DNA of 54,646 nt, from contig NC_068995.1 of assembly GCF_001194135.2 (NCBI RefSeq), positions 49,573,056-49,627,701 on the forward strand, written 5' to 3'. Below are positions 10,006 through 22,670 of the stretch, in pieces (within the stretch, counting starts at the first letter, position 1; each line of letters opens with the position of its first letter). Position numbers and translations under genes: made by a program. The stretch is from Octopus bimaculoides. Its lineage: Eukaryota. Below the pieces are notes generated by a model. That model ran no database searches, was not told where the DNA came from, and saw only the letters and a program-made list of their open reading frames with translations.

Positions 10006-11574
10006 NNNNNNNNNNNNNNNNNNNNNNNNNNNNNNNNNNNNNNNNNNNNNNNNNNNNNNNNNNNNNNNNNNNNNNNNNNNNNNNNNNNNNNNNNNNNNNN
10101 NNNNNNNNNNNNNNNNNNNNNNNNNNNNNNNNNNNNNNNNNNNNNNNNNNNNNNNNNNNNNNNNNNNNNNNNNNNNNNNNNNNNNNNNNNNNNNNNNNNN
10201 NNNNNNNNNNNNNNNNNNNNNNNNNNNNNNNNNNNNNNNNNNNNNNNNNNNNNNNNNNNNNNNNNNNNNNNNNNNNNNNNNNNNNNNNNNNNNNNNNNNN
10301 NNNNNNNNNNNNNNNNNNNNNNNNNNNNNNNNNNNNNNNNNNNNNNNNNNNNNNNNNNNNNNNNNNNNNNNNNNNNNNNNNNNNNNNNNNNNNNNNNNNN
10401 NNNNNNNNNNNNNNNNNNNNNNNNNNNNNNNNNNNNNNNNNNNNNNNNNNNNNNNNNNNNNNNNNATATATATATATATAATATATATATAATATATATA
10501 TGACAAGAGAAAATTTATGCCAATTATATGGTTTACCCTCTAACAGAAGCTTATACAGCAGGCACAGGGATGTAAGGTTAGTGGTGGTGGTGGGGATACA
10601 CATGATAGTGAAACAGATTGTGTGTGTGTGTGTGTGTGCGTGTGTGTATGCACGTGTAAAATAAATATGGCAGATCAAAAAATAATAAAAAGACCTCATT
10701 GAAAGCCGAAGATGAATAATAAATGAGAGAAAACCTCGGGAAGGGTGGAACCACAAAAGTGACCAAGAAAATCATTGGTACCATTGAAAAAAAGACAAGC
10801 GTCAAGCACTTTAAAGTTAGGGAACTCACTTTAGTGGGTGGGAGCCACATAGACACACACATACAAACATACACACACACAGACACTCTTTATTTTATTG
10901 GTGTCTCTCTCTCTCTCAGTAATCCAGGCTAAAATAATAAAGCAGAAGAGAGAAAACAAAAATGACTTTTTTCAAATTGGACAATATCTTTATCAAATAT
11001 TTAAGGGCACTTCACCTATGTCTAGTTTTCTGGAAGGACCAGCGAAATCTGTTGTTTTGTTGCATGGGGGTTTTTGTCTGTAAACGACAAAGGGGTTCAC
11101 ACCCACCTTTATACAAGATTTCATTAGCTTTATTGTTGTGTATTGTTTGTTGTTTGTATTATCATTGTGTTATTTTTTGTTAGTGTTTTCTTTTTTTTCC
11201 TTTTTGCCTTTTGTTTGTTTGTGTCCATAGCTGCGTACATGTGTGTATGTGTGTGTGTGCGTGTGTGTGTGTGTGCATGTGTATGTGTGTGTGTGTTTGC
11301 ATGTGTATGTCTGTGTGTGTGTGTGTGTGTAAAACAAAGCCATTGTAAATATTGGAGTTTGATAAAGTATGCATGTGTGTGTGTGTGAGTCTTAGGACAA
11401 AGCATAGTATTTTATAAATATTAGTGTGTGTGTGTTTGTGTATGTAACTGTGTATGCATATGTGTTAGTGTGTATGTGTATGTGTGTGTGTTTAGATTAA
11501 TTGATGGATCTGGTTTGCTACTATTTTATAACTTAGCACACACACACACACACACACTCACACACACACACATG

Positions 11575-11643
<69 letters not shown>

Positions 11644-12000
11644 GTGTGTGTATACCCATTTATAATTCATGTATGTATATAAATACATATATTTATATAA
11701 CATATATTCATATATATAAATATATATATATATATACATACATTCATATAGATCATCATCATCATCATAGATATAGATATATACATATATATATATATAT
11801 TTATATATATATACATACATATATATATACATACATATATATATATATATATTTACATACATATATATACATATACACACATATATATATATATATATAT
11901 ATNNNNNNNNNNNNNNNNNNNNNNNNNNNNNNNNNNNNNNNNNNNNNNNNNNNNNNNNNNNNNNNNNNNNNNNNNNNNNNNNNNNNNNNNNNNNNNNNNN

Positions 12001-12041
<41 letters not shown>

Positions 12042-12402
12042 CATATACATATTGTATGAGGATTTTGTTGTTGGTGTTGTTGTTACTGTTGTTGCTGTTA
12101 TCACAAAAAGCTAACAGCAAACATTGAGGGACATTATTTTGTAATAAGTTTTGAGCACAAAGAATAATGCAGCTAGTTAACAACGCCAACTTGACTGAGC
12201 AGAGTGTATAGTCGCATGCATGTTTGTGTGTATAATGTGTAAATACACATGCAGCCATACAGTTTGCTCATTGGAGTTGGTGTTGCTAACTGGCTTCATT
12301 ATGCTTTTGTGTGTGTATTGTGGAGGAGAACAAGGAGGAAAAAACATACGGATGAGTACATTCGTTAATAACTTTGTATGTGTGTGTATATACGTATGTG
12401 TT

Positions 12403-12459
<57 letters not shown>

Positions 12460-12709
12460 ACTNNNNNNNNNNNNNNNNNNNNNNNNNNNNNNNNNNNNNN
12501 NNNNNNNNNNNNNNNNNNNNNNNNNNNNNNNNNNNNNNNNNNNNNNNNNNNNNNNNNNNNNNNNNNNNNNNNNNNNNNNNNNNNNNNNNNNNNNNNNNNN
12601 NNNNNNNNNNNNNNNNNNNNNNNNNNNNNNNNNNNNNNNNNNNNNNNNNNNNNNNNNNNNNNNNNNNNNNNNNNNNNNNNNNNNNNNNNNNNNNNNNNNC
12701 GTATGTGTT

Positions 12710-12766
<57 letters not shown>

Positions 12767-12831
12767 ACTTAAGTGTGTGTACATACAAACACACACATGT
12801 ACGTAACCATACCCTCAGAGATAGGAACACA

Positions 12832-12869
<38 letters not shown>

Positions 12870-12924
12870 CGTGTATGTTATCTCCATCATCAATTAGCAT
12901 CCGGTTGGATGGTATTTTGTATCT

Positions 12925-12972
12925 CTTACTTGTTTCAGTCATTCGACTCTGGCCATACTGGGGCACTGCCAT
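12925..12972 (-). mobile_element. Isolated SINE-A / CR1-L2 3' tail
   Basis: ttgtttcagtcattcgactctggccatactggggcactgcc. Similar tails lie at 22672-22790, 25430-25500 and 53685-53725 (all minus strand) and at 46225-46285 (plus strand). Confidence 0.75.
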
Positions 12973-13102
12973 GAGCAACATCTTTCTTATAAGTGCAGTA
13001 TTCAAACACAACAACTAAAAAATGGATGGCTAAACAAGGCAACCTCCATGTAGTTCCCTGCTAGAAATAGAAACGAAATCACCCTTAAATTATACAATAA
13101 TA

Positions 13103-13330
13103 TCTGTAATAATAAACATGAAATTCTGTCTGTCCGTCTGGGACCTCTGTATCTCAGTCTACATTTGCTCTGCATAGACAAATACGGTTTTGGAATCAGG
13201 ATGATCCCAGGACTGAAAATCTGCCTAACATTAGGTTCTAGGACATCCAGCTTTGGGATCAGGTCTCGATGAGGATTTGTTATATGCTAACAGGTGAAAA
13301 TTCAAATTTTAAAAGAACTTTAAACTGAAT
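13103..13330 (+). mobile_element. Possible non-autonomous Helitron 5' end
   Basis: A|TCTGTAATAATAAACATGAAATTCTGTCTGTCCGTCTG resembles the TC terminus, AT-rich stretch and GTCT/GTCC microsatellite that start many invertebrate HelitronN elements. I found no 3' CTRR or hairpin. Confidence 0.35.
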
Positions 13331-13394
13331 TTAAAGTAATACCATATTGGTAAGGTACCAACAAATGCTTTACCATTATTGTTCTCTTCTTAAA

Positions 13395-13596
13395 GTGGTG
13401 AGCTGGCAAAATCATTAGCACACCAGGTGAGATGTGTTACGTTCTGAGTTCAAATTCCACCAAGGTTGACTTTGCCTTTCATCCTTTCGGGGTCGATTAA
13501 ATAAGTACCAGTTATGCACTGGGATTGATGTAATTGATTTAATCCTTTTCCCCCAAATTTGAGGCCTTGTATTTCCAGTAGAATTAATTATTATTG
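13395..13596 (+). mobile_element. tRNA-derived SINE, family C
   Basis: Head gagctggcaaaatcattagc, B box gagttcaaattcc, core ggttgactttgcctttcatcctttcggggtcgattaaataagtaccag and (ATT)n end. The core resembles the conserved Meta/Nin-type SINE domains; exact assignment needs an alignment. Confidence 0.85.
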
Positions 13597-14419
13597 TTCC
13601 TTTCAGTTTGGGGCTGCAGACCCATTTAGCCCCCTCCACAAGAGCAAATTCCAAAACTCACATGGAGTGCTGCTTTCAAGCTAGTATAAAACATGTGAGA
13701 CATCAGACAATGCATTTGGTCCCTGAGATAAAAATAATCGATAGGATGGTCACTTGTTAGGTTTAGGTTGCAGTCAAGGAGAAGCTGGAGCGACAACAAC
13801 AAACGAAACAAGATATAGCCTAAGAGGATAACATATATACACACACCCACACATACATATACACGCACACATACGCATGCATAAGCATGTGGTACATACA
13901 CACATACACACAGATACGTACATACTCACACACAGCCACATGCATATCAAACATGGGAATAAAGATTAACGTCTGAGTGATAGTGAAGGGTTAGATAAGA
14001 AGAGAAAACTTCAACAGGATTATCCCATTGAATTTGATAACATTTGGTTGAGAAGTGAAAGGTCAAAGGTCAGGTGTCGGTAAATTCCTTCATGAAGACT
14101 AAGTGGTTATCAGTTCCTGTTATATCATTCTAGGGTGGCGGGGACTGGGTAGAGAAATGGTGGAGTGGTAGTGGTGGGGAGGGAGTAGATATTCGTTTTG
14201 TAATACACATGCACACATAGACAGACACACACACATACATACGCACACATACACACACATATATACATACACGCACACATACATATACACACAGGTGTGT
14301 GTATGTGTGTATACATACATACATGTATATATATGTGTATACATGTGAGTGTTGATAGACAGACTGTTGGACAATCAGACAGACAGACAAACAGGTGGGC
14401 AGACAATCATATGAAGAGA

Positions 14420-14425
14420 TGGTTG

Positions 14426-14475
<50 letters not shown>

Positions 14476-14495
14476 ACCGATGGATAGATAGATAT

Positions 14496-14531
<36 letters not shown>

Positions 14532-14597
14532 GTAGATAGACAGATAGACAGATGGACAGATAAATAGACAGATGGACAGATGGACAGACAGACAGAC

Positions 14598-14657
<60 letters not shown>

Positions 14658-14660
14658 CAA
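14420..14660. repeat. (AGAT/AGAC)n tetranucleotide microsatellite
   Basis: Directly visible. Confidence 0.95.
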
Positions 14661-14732
14661 AATGTAACAAGTCCTAAGAGAAAATAACTCAAAGAGACCA
14701 GTAGTATGAATTTGGATGAAGTCACTGAGGCA

Positions 14733-14802
14733 TCATCATCATCATCATCATCATCGTTTAACGTCCGCTTTCCATGCTAGCATGGGTTGGACGATTTGAC
14801 TG
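14733..14802 (-). mobile_element. RTE-like family D extreme 3' end with (GAT)n tail
   Basis: (tca)n cgtttaacgtccgctttccatgctagcatgggttggacg, also present at 17921 and 45494. Confidence 0.75.
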
Positions 14803-15402
14803 CATATATGTATATATATATATATATATATATGTGTATATACACCTCTGCATGTATGTATATGCATTTATAATGTGTGTATACCCCGACACACACACAC
14901 ACAAACACACAGGATGTGAGAGATATTTGGAGACATATTTGGTAATTTAATAAAGCAACTCTAATCTAGCAAAAAAAAAAAAACCAAATGTATTTTAACC
15001 AAAATTTCTGCAGATGTTCTTTGATAAGCTTTTCTTATAAGATTCTATGAATCCACCTTCAACTTCAGTGACTGTCTCAACATGGGACCATAAGAGTTGA
15101 TATATCCCACACTATGTAGTGGTAGTGATGTTGTTGATGGTGGTGGCTGAGGTGGTGATGGTGGTTGTGATGATTACATCAATGATGATGATGGTGGTGG
15201 TGGTGGTGACGATGCTTGTGATAAAGAGAATCATTCTGTCTTCATCAAGGCAATCAACCAACAGTAATTCCTTCATTATTCTCACCTGCATCCACCAACA
15301 TCCACACAATGCATTCAGCATCTTTTCATAATATTGATTCACCTTTATACTTAATTAACCACCATCAATGGATAACACAGTAAGGACAAAATACAACTCT
15401 GC

Positions 15403-16118
15403 ATGTGTGTATGTGTGTCTTATATATATATATATATATCATGTGTGTGTGTGTGTGTGTGCCTTATATATATATATATATATCATGTGTCTGTGTATAT
15501 AGATATATGTGTGTGTATAGATATATGTGTGTGTATAGATATATGTGTGCATATGTGTATGTGTGTGTGTGTATGTGTGTGTGTATGTTTTATATACATA
15601 TATATATATATATCATGTGTGTGTGTATAGATATATGTGTGTGTGTGTGTGCATATGTGTATATGTGAGTGTGTGTGTGCATATGTGTGTATGCATGTGT
15701 ATAGATATGTGTGTGTATAGATATATGTATGTGTTTACAGATATATGTGTGTATGTGTGCATGTGCATATGTGTGCATGTGTGAGTATAGATATATTTGT
15801 TTGTGTGTGCATATGTGTGTATGTGTGTATGTATACGTGTGTGTGCGTGCGTCTGTGTGCACAATCATGGCTGGGTGTTTAAGGAGTTTGCTTCCCAACC
15901 ACATGGTTCCAGGTTCACACACACACACACATACACACTCACATACCCACACACACACGCACATACACCCCCCCCCCCCCACACACACACACATGCCCAC
16001 ATACACGCATACACACAGACTCACACATACACACACACACATTCACACACACACACACACATACACACACACACTCACATATACTCACGCTCAGATACAT
16101 ACACACACACACACACAA
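15403..16118. repeat. (GT/AT)n tract with a 16-bp subunit (gtgtgtatagatatat), then a SINE-A head (15866-15915), then a (CA)n tract
   Basis: Directly visible. The head is catggctgggtgtttaaggagtttgcttcccaaccacatggttccaggttca. Confidence 0.85.
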
Positions 16119-16124
16119 ATCTTT

Positions 16125-16500
16125 TATGTTTTACTTATTTCAGTCATTGGACTGCGGCCATGCTGGGGTACCACCTAGAAGGGTTCAATTGATAAAATCA
16201 TTCATGGTACTCTTTTTTTTTCTATTTAAGCCTGGTATTTATTCCTTCAGCCTCTTTTGCCAAACTGTGAAGCTACAGGGACATAATCAAACCAACACTG
16301 GTGATCATAAGGAACCCCTCCGCGCACACACAGATATACAATGGGCTTCTTTCGGTTTCTGTTTATCAAGTCCACTCACAAAGCTTTGGTCAACCTGGGG
16401 CTATAGTAAAAGACACTTACCCAAGGTGTCTTGCAGTGGGACTGAACCCAGAATCATGTGGCTGGGAAGCAAACTTCTTAACGACACAGCATACCTGTGC
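16125..16500 (-). mobile_element. SINE-A, near full length and diverged
   Basis: Tail ttcagtcattggactgcggccatgctgg at 16139; head gacacttacccaaggtgtc...gggactgaaccc at 16410-16450. Confidence 0.85.
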
Positions 16501-16530
16501 CTATAACCATACCTACACACATACACATGC

Positions 16531-16592
<62 letters not shown>

Positions 16593-17213
16593 ACGTGCGC
16601 ATGTGAGATCATGTAATTATATGTGTATATAAGTGAGTACATTTCTCAGCTGAAATGTACTTCACAACCTCCATAGAAAAACAACAACAACACTAACAAC
16701 AACCACCAACATGTTTCTACATGTTTGCATGTGTGTATGTTTGCACATATATATATAGAGAGAGAGGGGGGGGGGGAAATAATANNNNNNNNNNGAGAGA
16801 GAGGGGGGGGGGAAATAATAAACATATGTAATACATATATACAGACAGACAGACAGACAGACAGATAGATAGATAGATAGAAGAATATGACTATATATGG
16901 ATTCAGAGAGCCATGCACCTATCACAGTAAGCTTCCCATCTGTAATTGGCTATCAGTTTACATAATAATCAATTACAATATAGTGTAATGCAATATGTCC
17001 TTATAAATGAAAATCAAGGAAATCTGAACAAGAAATTTATCTGCAAAGAATAAATAAAGCACAATGTCTGAAGGTGTTAAAGGTATTTTTCTCCATGACT
17101 TCCATATGATTACAGCTGTTTCATATCCTTCTTTATATGTCAAGTCTATTGAGGCAGTGTGACTTGCAGAAATTACCAATTCTATTTTTTGATAGCTATT
17201 AATTATTATTACT

Positions 17214-17551
17214 GTGGCGCATGGCTCAGTGGTTAGAGTGTCAGGCTCACAGTCATGAGGTAGTGAGTTCAATTCCCAGACCGGGCTGTGTGTTGTGTTC
17301 TTGAACAAGACACTTTATTTCACATTGCTCCAGTTCACTCAGCTGTAGAAATGAGTTGCAACATCACTGGTGCCAAGCTGTATCAACATTTACCCTTCCC
17401 TTGGATAACATCGGTGGCATGAAGAAGGGGGGCTGGTATGAATGGGTGACTGCTGGTCTTCCATAAACAACCTTACCCAGACTTGTATCTCGGAGGGTAA
17501 CTGTCTAGGTGCAATCCTATGGTCATTCATAATCGAAGGGGGCCTTTACCC
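17214..17551 (+). mobile_element. tRNA-derived SINE, family B3
   Basis: A box tggctcagtgg, B box gagttcaattcc and core ttcacattgctccagttcactcagctg shared with B1. The 3' half differs and is homologous to 53490-53612. Confidence 0.85.
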
Positions 17552-17828
17552 TGATAAGTATGAAATTTAATTTTGCAATGAAAGGGTTAAGTAGAGTGCC
17601 TTATCGGTTATCCTTATTAGTTGTATTCTACCCATAAGTTACATATATCTATAAATACAGAGACTAAAAGATTTTATCAATTCTTTTGCACTTTCTATCT
17701 TAGTAGTATACTAACAACATTGTTTCAGATATCACACCTTAATCCCCACCACCTACCTTTTCTTATTTAATAACTGTAATTATAATCAATATTAATTTGA
17801 GTAATAATAACCTGTTAGGCATTCCACA

Positions 17829-18285
17829 ATGCGGTTCTCAGTAGGGGTCCACATGACCCTTTGGGGTCCATATAAGATTTTGCTGATAAAATTTGTGCAA
17901 TATATTACTCAAACGCCTACATCATTATCATCATCATCATCATCATCATCATTTAACGTCCGTTTTCCATGCTGGCATGGGTTGGATGGTTTGACTGAAA
18001 AACTGGTAAGCTGAGAAGCGGCACCAGGTTCCAATCTGATTTGGCATGGTTTCTACAACTGGATGCCCTTCCTAATGCCAACCACTCCAAGAGTGTAGTG
18101 GATGCTTTTTTATATACCACAATACACAAAATATTTTAAAGAATTTTTTTTTGTATATTTCCTAACAAAATTTAATTATAAAAATATAATGGGAATTTTT
18201 TAAACATCAAATGGCAAAGAGGATCCATCCGGGTAAAGTAGGATTCTAAGGGGCCCAGAGGGAAAAAAATGGTTGAGAAACACTG
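17829..18285. mobile_element. hAT-like MITE interrupted by an RTE-like fragment
   Basis: Right end ggttgagaaacactg (CAGTGTTTCTCAA-type TIR) and degenerate left end atgcggttctca. Both halves align with the uninterrupted copy at 31193-31418. No 8-bp TSD is visible. Confidence 0.6.
17921..18120 (-). mobile_element. RTE-like family D 3' fragment with (GAT)n tail, inserted in the MITE
   Basis: (tca)n tttaacgtccgttttccatgctggcatggg...ctggatgcccttcctaatgccaaccactcc. Confidence 0.85.
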
Positions 18286-18291
18286 TTTTAG

Positions 18292-18425
18292 TTTCAATTA
18301 ATCTTGAAAGTAATAATCAGTTAAGTAAAATAACTTTGTCATCATGAAGCTGGTCTTTGGAACATAACATGAGATTTTGATAGGTAATAGGGGAGTTTGT
18401 CTCATAGAAAAGGGGCAATTTTGAC
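18292..18425 (-). mobile_element. Fragment of TTAA-type MITE, reverse complement of 20900-21015
   Basis: catcatgaagctggtctttggaac...gattttgatagg...gagtttgtctcata. Confidence 0.7.
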
Positions 18426-18447
18426 ATAGAAGAGTTTCAACACATTA

Positions 18448-18540
18448 GGATGGACATCCAGTTGTGGACACCATGCCAAATCAGAATAGAACCTGGTGCC
18501 ACTCCCTAGCTTACCAGTTTTTCAGTCAGACCGTCCAGTA
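18448..18540 (+). mobile_element. RTE-like family D fragment, inverted relative to 17960-18070
   Basis: catccagttgtggacaccatgccaaatcagaatagaacctggtgcc...agcttaccagtttttcagtca. Confidence 0.8.
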
Positions 18541-19131
18541 TTATAGGTTCATAAAGCCATCACTAGTACTACAACTGTAGTACATTGAATTAAAGGTTGT
18601 TAATATCTCCAGGCCCCTAATCATCTGACAAAGTTGTCAAGAAGTTCATTTTGCAGCTATAGTAGTGGTTCCAAGTTCAATCCTACAGCATAGTACCTTG
18701 TACAGATTTCAGCTACCTTGGCCTGTGGCTGACCAATATTTTGCGAGTGGAACTTGGTGAATGGAAGCTTAGATTATTTGTGCTGGTTAATGTGATAATA
18801 TTAAGTTATGAAATGTTGTGATTTTGTTATTGTTTTCTTATGATTATGCCATGATTGTTTTCCTCTTTTTCTTTTTCTAAGTCCATAAGAAATAGACAAA
18901 GGCTATTGTATTTTAGATAAAAATAGGAAAAAGAGCTCTGGTTTTGAAATGAGAGGGTTTTGTCGTAAAAAAATAGAAGGAAGATCAACAGCTTGCCATA
19001 AACTGATCATTGTTTAATATACGAAAAATAAGAATATATATGAAATATTTATAATTTACACAAAAAAATTACAGATACAGACATACATACATACGAATAC
19101 ATATACATGCATATATACATATGTGTGTGTC

Positions 19132-19210
<79 letters not shown>

Positions 19211-19316
19211 ATATATATATATATTTATGTATATAATTTGTTAGCAAGTTTTGAAATATGCTTTTATACTCAATCCATGTATACGTATATACTCATATAC
19301 ATGTACTTACACAAAG

Positions 19317-19372
<56 letters not shown>

Positions 19373-19946
19373 GACACTAGCGAATGGCTATACACTCATG
19401 CTTTGATGTATGTGCCTAAATGTGTGTGNNNNNNNNNNNNNNNNNNNNNNNNNNNNNNNNNNNNNNNNNNNNNNNNNNNNNNNNNNNNNNNNNNNNNNNN
19501 NNNNNNNNNNNNNNNNNNNNNNNNNNNNNNNNNNNNNNNNNNNNNNNNNNNNNNNNNNNNNNNNNNNNNNNNNNNNNNNNNNNNNNNNNNNNNNNNNNNN
19601 NNNNNNNNNNNNNNNNNNNNNNNNNNNNNNNNNNNNNNNNNNNNNNNNNNNNTATATATATATATATCATATTTGTGGGGTTGCTTTTGTTAAATGTTAT
19701 AATTTTCCCTGCTTCACTTGATTGGTCTCTAGACAGGCATCACCACTATTAACCAGACCATTCAACACCAACCACAGTTCCAGTTGTTACCACTGAAACC
19801 AATTTTATTAAGACCCCATGGAAATCTCTGCTACTCAGATTGGAATTAACAACAAAGAATTCCATGCTAAGTTGTCACTCCATATATCATCTTATATATA
19901 CTTTTATGTTAACATTTGTTGAAAAAAAAATATATATCTATATATA

Positions 19947-20375
19947 TAGGTGCAGGCATGGCTGTGTGGTAAGTAGCTTGCTTACCAACCACATGGTTCC
20001 AGGTTCAGTCCCACTGTGTGGCACCTTGGGCAAGTGTCTTCTATTAAAGCCTCGGGCCGACCAAGGCCTTGTGGGTGGATTTGGTGAACAGAAACTGAAA
20101 GAAGCCCGTCATATAAATATATATATATATATGTATGTGTGTGTATGTATATCTGCATGTATGTTTGTGTGTGTGTTTGTGTTTCCCCCGTCCCCCGTCA
20201 TCGCTTGACAACCGATGTTGGTGTTTTTACATCCCTGCAACTTAGCGGTTCGGCAAAAGAGACCAATAGGATAAGTACTAGGCTTACAAAGAGTAAGTCC
20301 TGGAGTCGATTTGTTCGACTAAAGGCGGTGCTCCAGCATGGCCACAGTCAAATGACTGAAACAAATAAAAGAACA
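19947..20375 (+). mobile_element. SINE-A, complete reference copy (octopus-type tRNA-derived SINE)
   Basis: tRNA-like head gctgtgtggtaag...ggttcagtccc (B box), core ggcaccttgggcaagtgtc, internal (AT)(GT) microsatellite, and 3' tail ggcggtgctccagcatggccacagtcaaatgactgaaac followed by an A-rich end. Confidence 0.92.
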
Positions 20376-20868
20376 TAGAATATATATATACATACCAGAA
20401 GAGAAAAAAGAACTTCAATAGTGTATTTGTATTTCTTAAATGATGTAGTTTCTTTGTTCAGGGTTGCTGTGAACCTAAAGGGCTGTTGTTTATTATTATT
20501 ATTATTATTGTTGTTGTTGTTTTTGTTGCTGTATTTTGTTTTTTATAGCCATCTTTAATAAGCTTCTCCTTCTTCATCTACCCTCCTTTAACTCCCTATA
20601 TGATATCCCTCAGACATTGACCATACCACAGCTGGTACCTCAAAGTATCACCTATTAACATTATTGCTTACAAATGAAACACTCAAACTTCTGTATTTAT
20701 GTCAACAAAACAACTTAACAGATGAAATCACCTTTATAAAGAGGGAAAAAAAAAAAAAAAAAAAATCAGAAACAGTCCCTTAAAAAGGTGATTTATTACA
20801 TAAATGTAATATTCGATACTTATTACATTAAAGATAGGGAAGAAGTAAATTTATATTTTCCTTATTTG

Positions 20869-21060
20869 TTACCCTTTTGATGCCAACCTGTGCTGAAATT
20901 AGCCCTTGTTTTATGAGACAAACTCCCCTATCACCTATCAAAATCTTGTGTTAAGTTCCAAAGACCAGCTTCATGATGATGAAGTTATTTTACTTAATTG
21001 ATCATTAATTGAAAGTAAAATAGTGTATTTTAATAAGAAATAAGGTAACAAACAGGTTAA
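20869..21060. mobile_element. MITE with degenerate TTAACCCT...AGGGTTAA ends (piggyBac-like by end motif only)
   Basis: Ends ttaccctttt and caggttaa. Related copies lie at 18292-18425 and 32223-32372, and another TTAA-type end at 46330-46428. Confidence 0.45.
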
Positions 21061-21099
21061 TGATGTTATGAAAGGTGATTACTCTATAACACTCCCTCT

Positions 21100-21285
21100 G
21101 TCCCTTATTTATTTCTTTATTGCCCACAGGGGGCTAATCATAGAGGGGACAATCAAGGACAGACAAAGGGATTAAGTCAATTACATCGACCCCAGTGCAT
21201 AACTGGTACTTATTTAATCGACCCCGAAAGGATGAAAGGCAAAGTCAACCTCGGTGGAATTTGAACTCAGAACATAAAGACAGCT
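21100..21285 (-). mobile_element. SINE family C with alternative tail
   Basis: Core ctggtacttatttaatcgaccccgaaaggatgaaaggcaaagtcaacc and B box gaatttgaactc. The tail (tttctttattgcccacaggggcta) differs from the copies at 13395 and 35163. Confidence 0.85.
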
Positions 21286-21289
21286 GTTA

Positions 21290-21600
21290 AAACCTCATGG
21301 TCAGGGCAAAATTTAATTTAACAGGTCAAACATAGTTAGCATTGCTAAAGTTTGAAACCTCATTGCATGGATATAATTTAACCTAAGAGGCCAAACATTT
21401 TTGGCCATACCATGGTTTGAAACCTCACTACATGGATAAGATTCAACTAAACCTAACAGATCAAACACAGGTGAAGTTTCTCTGATTTGATTTGAAACCT
21501 CATTGCATGGATAAAATTTAACCCACCAGCTCAAACATTGTTAGCCATACCATGGTTTGAAACCTCATTGCATGGAAAAGATTCAACTAAACCTAACATG
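21290..21600. repeat. Minisatellite with alternating 65-bp and 75-bp subunits (140-bp dimer)
   Basis: tttgaaacctca at 21351, 21416, 21491 and 21556; partial unit at 21290. Confidence 0.9.
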
Positions 21601-21772
21601 TGTATACTATAGCTACATCGATCAGTGATTCAGTCTGGAGATGTGCAGTAAATTACAAATAAACAAGGTATGAGTGACAAACAGGGCACAAGAAATGCGC
21701 CCACTTACCAAATAATAAAGGTCATAATTTTCTGAGTTATAAATCTCATCTTTATGATGTATAATAATTATG

Positions 21773-22138
21773 ATGGAAGCACAATAGTCCAGTGGTTAGG
21801 GCAGTGGACTCGTGGTTGTAGGATCATAGGGCGTTGTGAGTGTTTATTGAGCGAAAGCACTTAAAGCTCCACAGGGCTCCAGCATGGGGGTGATGGCTAA
21901 CCCTGTTGTACTCTTTCACCACAACTTTCTCTCACTCTTACTTCCTGTTTCTGTTGTGCCTGTAATTTAAGGGGTCAGCCTTGTCACACTCTGTGTCACG
22001 CTGAATCTCCCCGAGAACTATGTTAAGGGTACATGTGTCTGTGGAGTGCTCAGCCACTTGCACATTAATTTCACGAGCAGGATGTTCCATTGATCAGATC
22101 AACTGGAACCCTTGTCATCATAACCAACCAAGTGCCAC
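21773..22138 (+). mobile_element. tRNA-derived SINE, family B2
   Basis: Head agtccagtggttaggg; 3' half ccttgtcacactctgtgtcacgctgaatctccc...ttcacgagcagg...ggaaccc shared with B1. Confidence 0.85.
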
Positions 22139-22151
22139 AATAATAATTATA

Positions 22152-22670
22152 CAGCTGAAAATCCTTTATTTGAAGTTCAAAAATCTGAAAACCTCCAAAA
22201 TTCAAAAGGTCTTTGACTTCCGACATAACACCAGAAATGGAAAATTCCACAAAGTACTGGGAAAGTTCTACCAAACACACTATTTGGATTCCGTTATGAT
22301 ACACAAGTACCGTATGTAAGTAGTGATTGTCATGTTTAGTTTATAGTAAATACAAATCATTATTTTTATGTGAGATCTGAATTTCACCTCCATGTATGAG
22401 TGAAACACGACTAGTGTCATTACTTGTACATTACCTTAAAAGCATAACACAGATTTTTTTCTTTTGCAGTTTTCGATTTATTTACCTGTAATCATGTTCA
22501 CTACTCTGTTTTTATACATTACATAAAACCTAATACTTGTATAATAAAAAATAAAACACAAGTGGTGTGCGTCTAGCGTAACTTTTTAGTCAAAACATGA
22601 CATCTCGTAGGTGGAAATATATCTTACCTTTCTGATGGTATTGTGTATGAAATACTATTTTTTGGTATTC
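22152..22670 (+). mobile_element. Tigger/pogo-like DNA transposon end
   Basis: TA|CAGCTGAAAATCCTTTATTTGAAG...ctccaaaattc...gacataacaccagaaatggaaaattccaca resembles the Tigger4/MER46-type terminus as I recall it. The right boundary is uncertain. Confidence 0.5.

Noticed and set aside
17214-17290. tRNA gene (also the heads at 19947, 21773, 29887 and 53129)
   Set aside because: A and B boxes are present, but there is no acceptor stem or intact cloverleaf, and each continues into a SINE body.
21290-21600. CRISPR-like repeat-spacer look (tttgaaac-containing repeat with spacers of about 40-50 nt)
   Set aside because: The spacers alternate between two homologous types rather than being unique. The context is eukaryotic and there are no cas genes.
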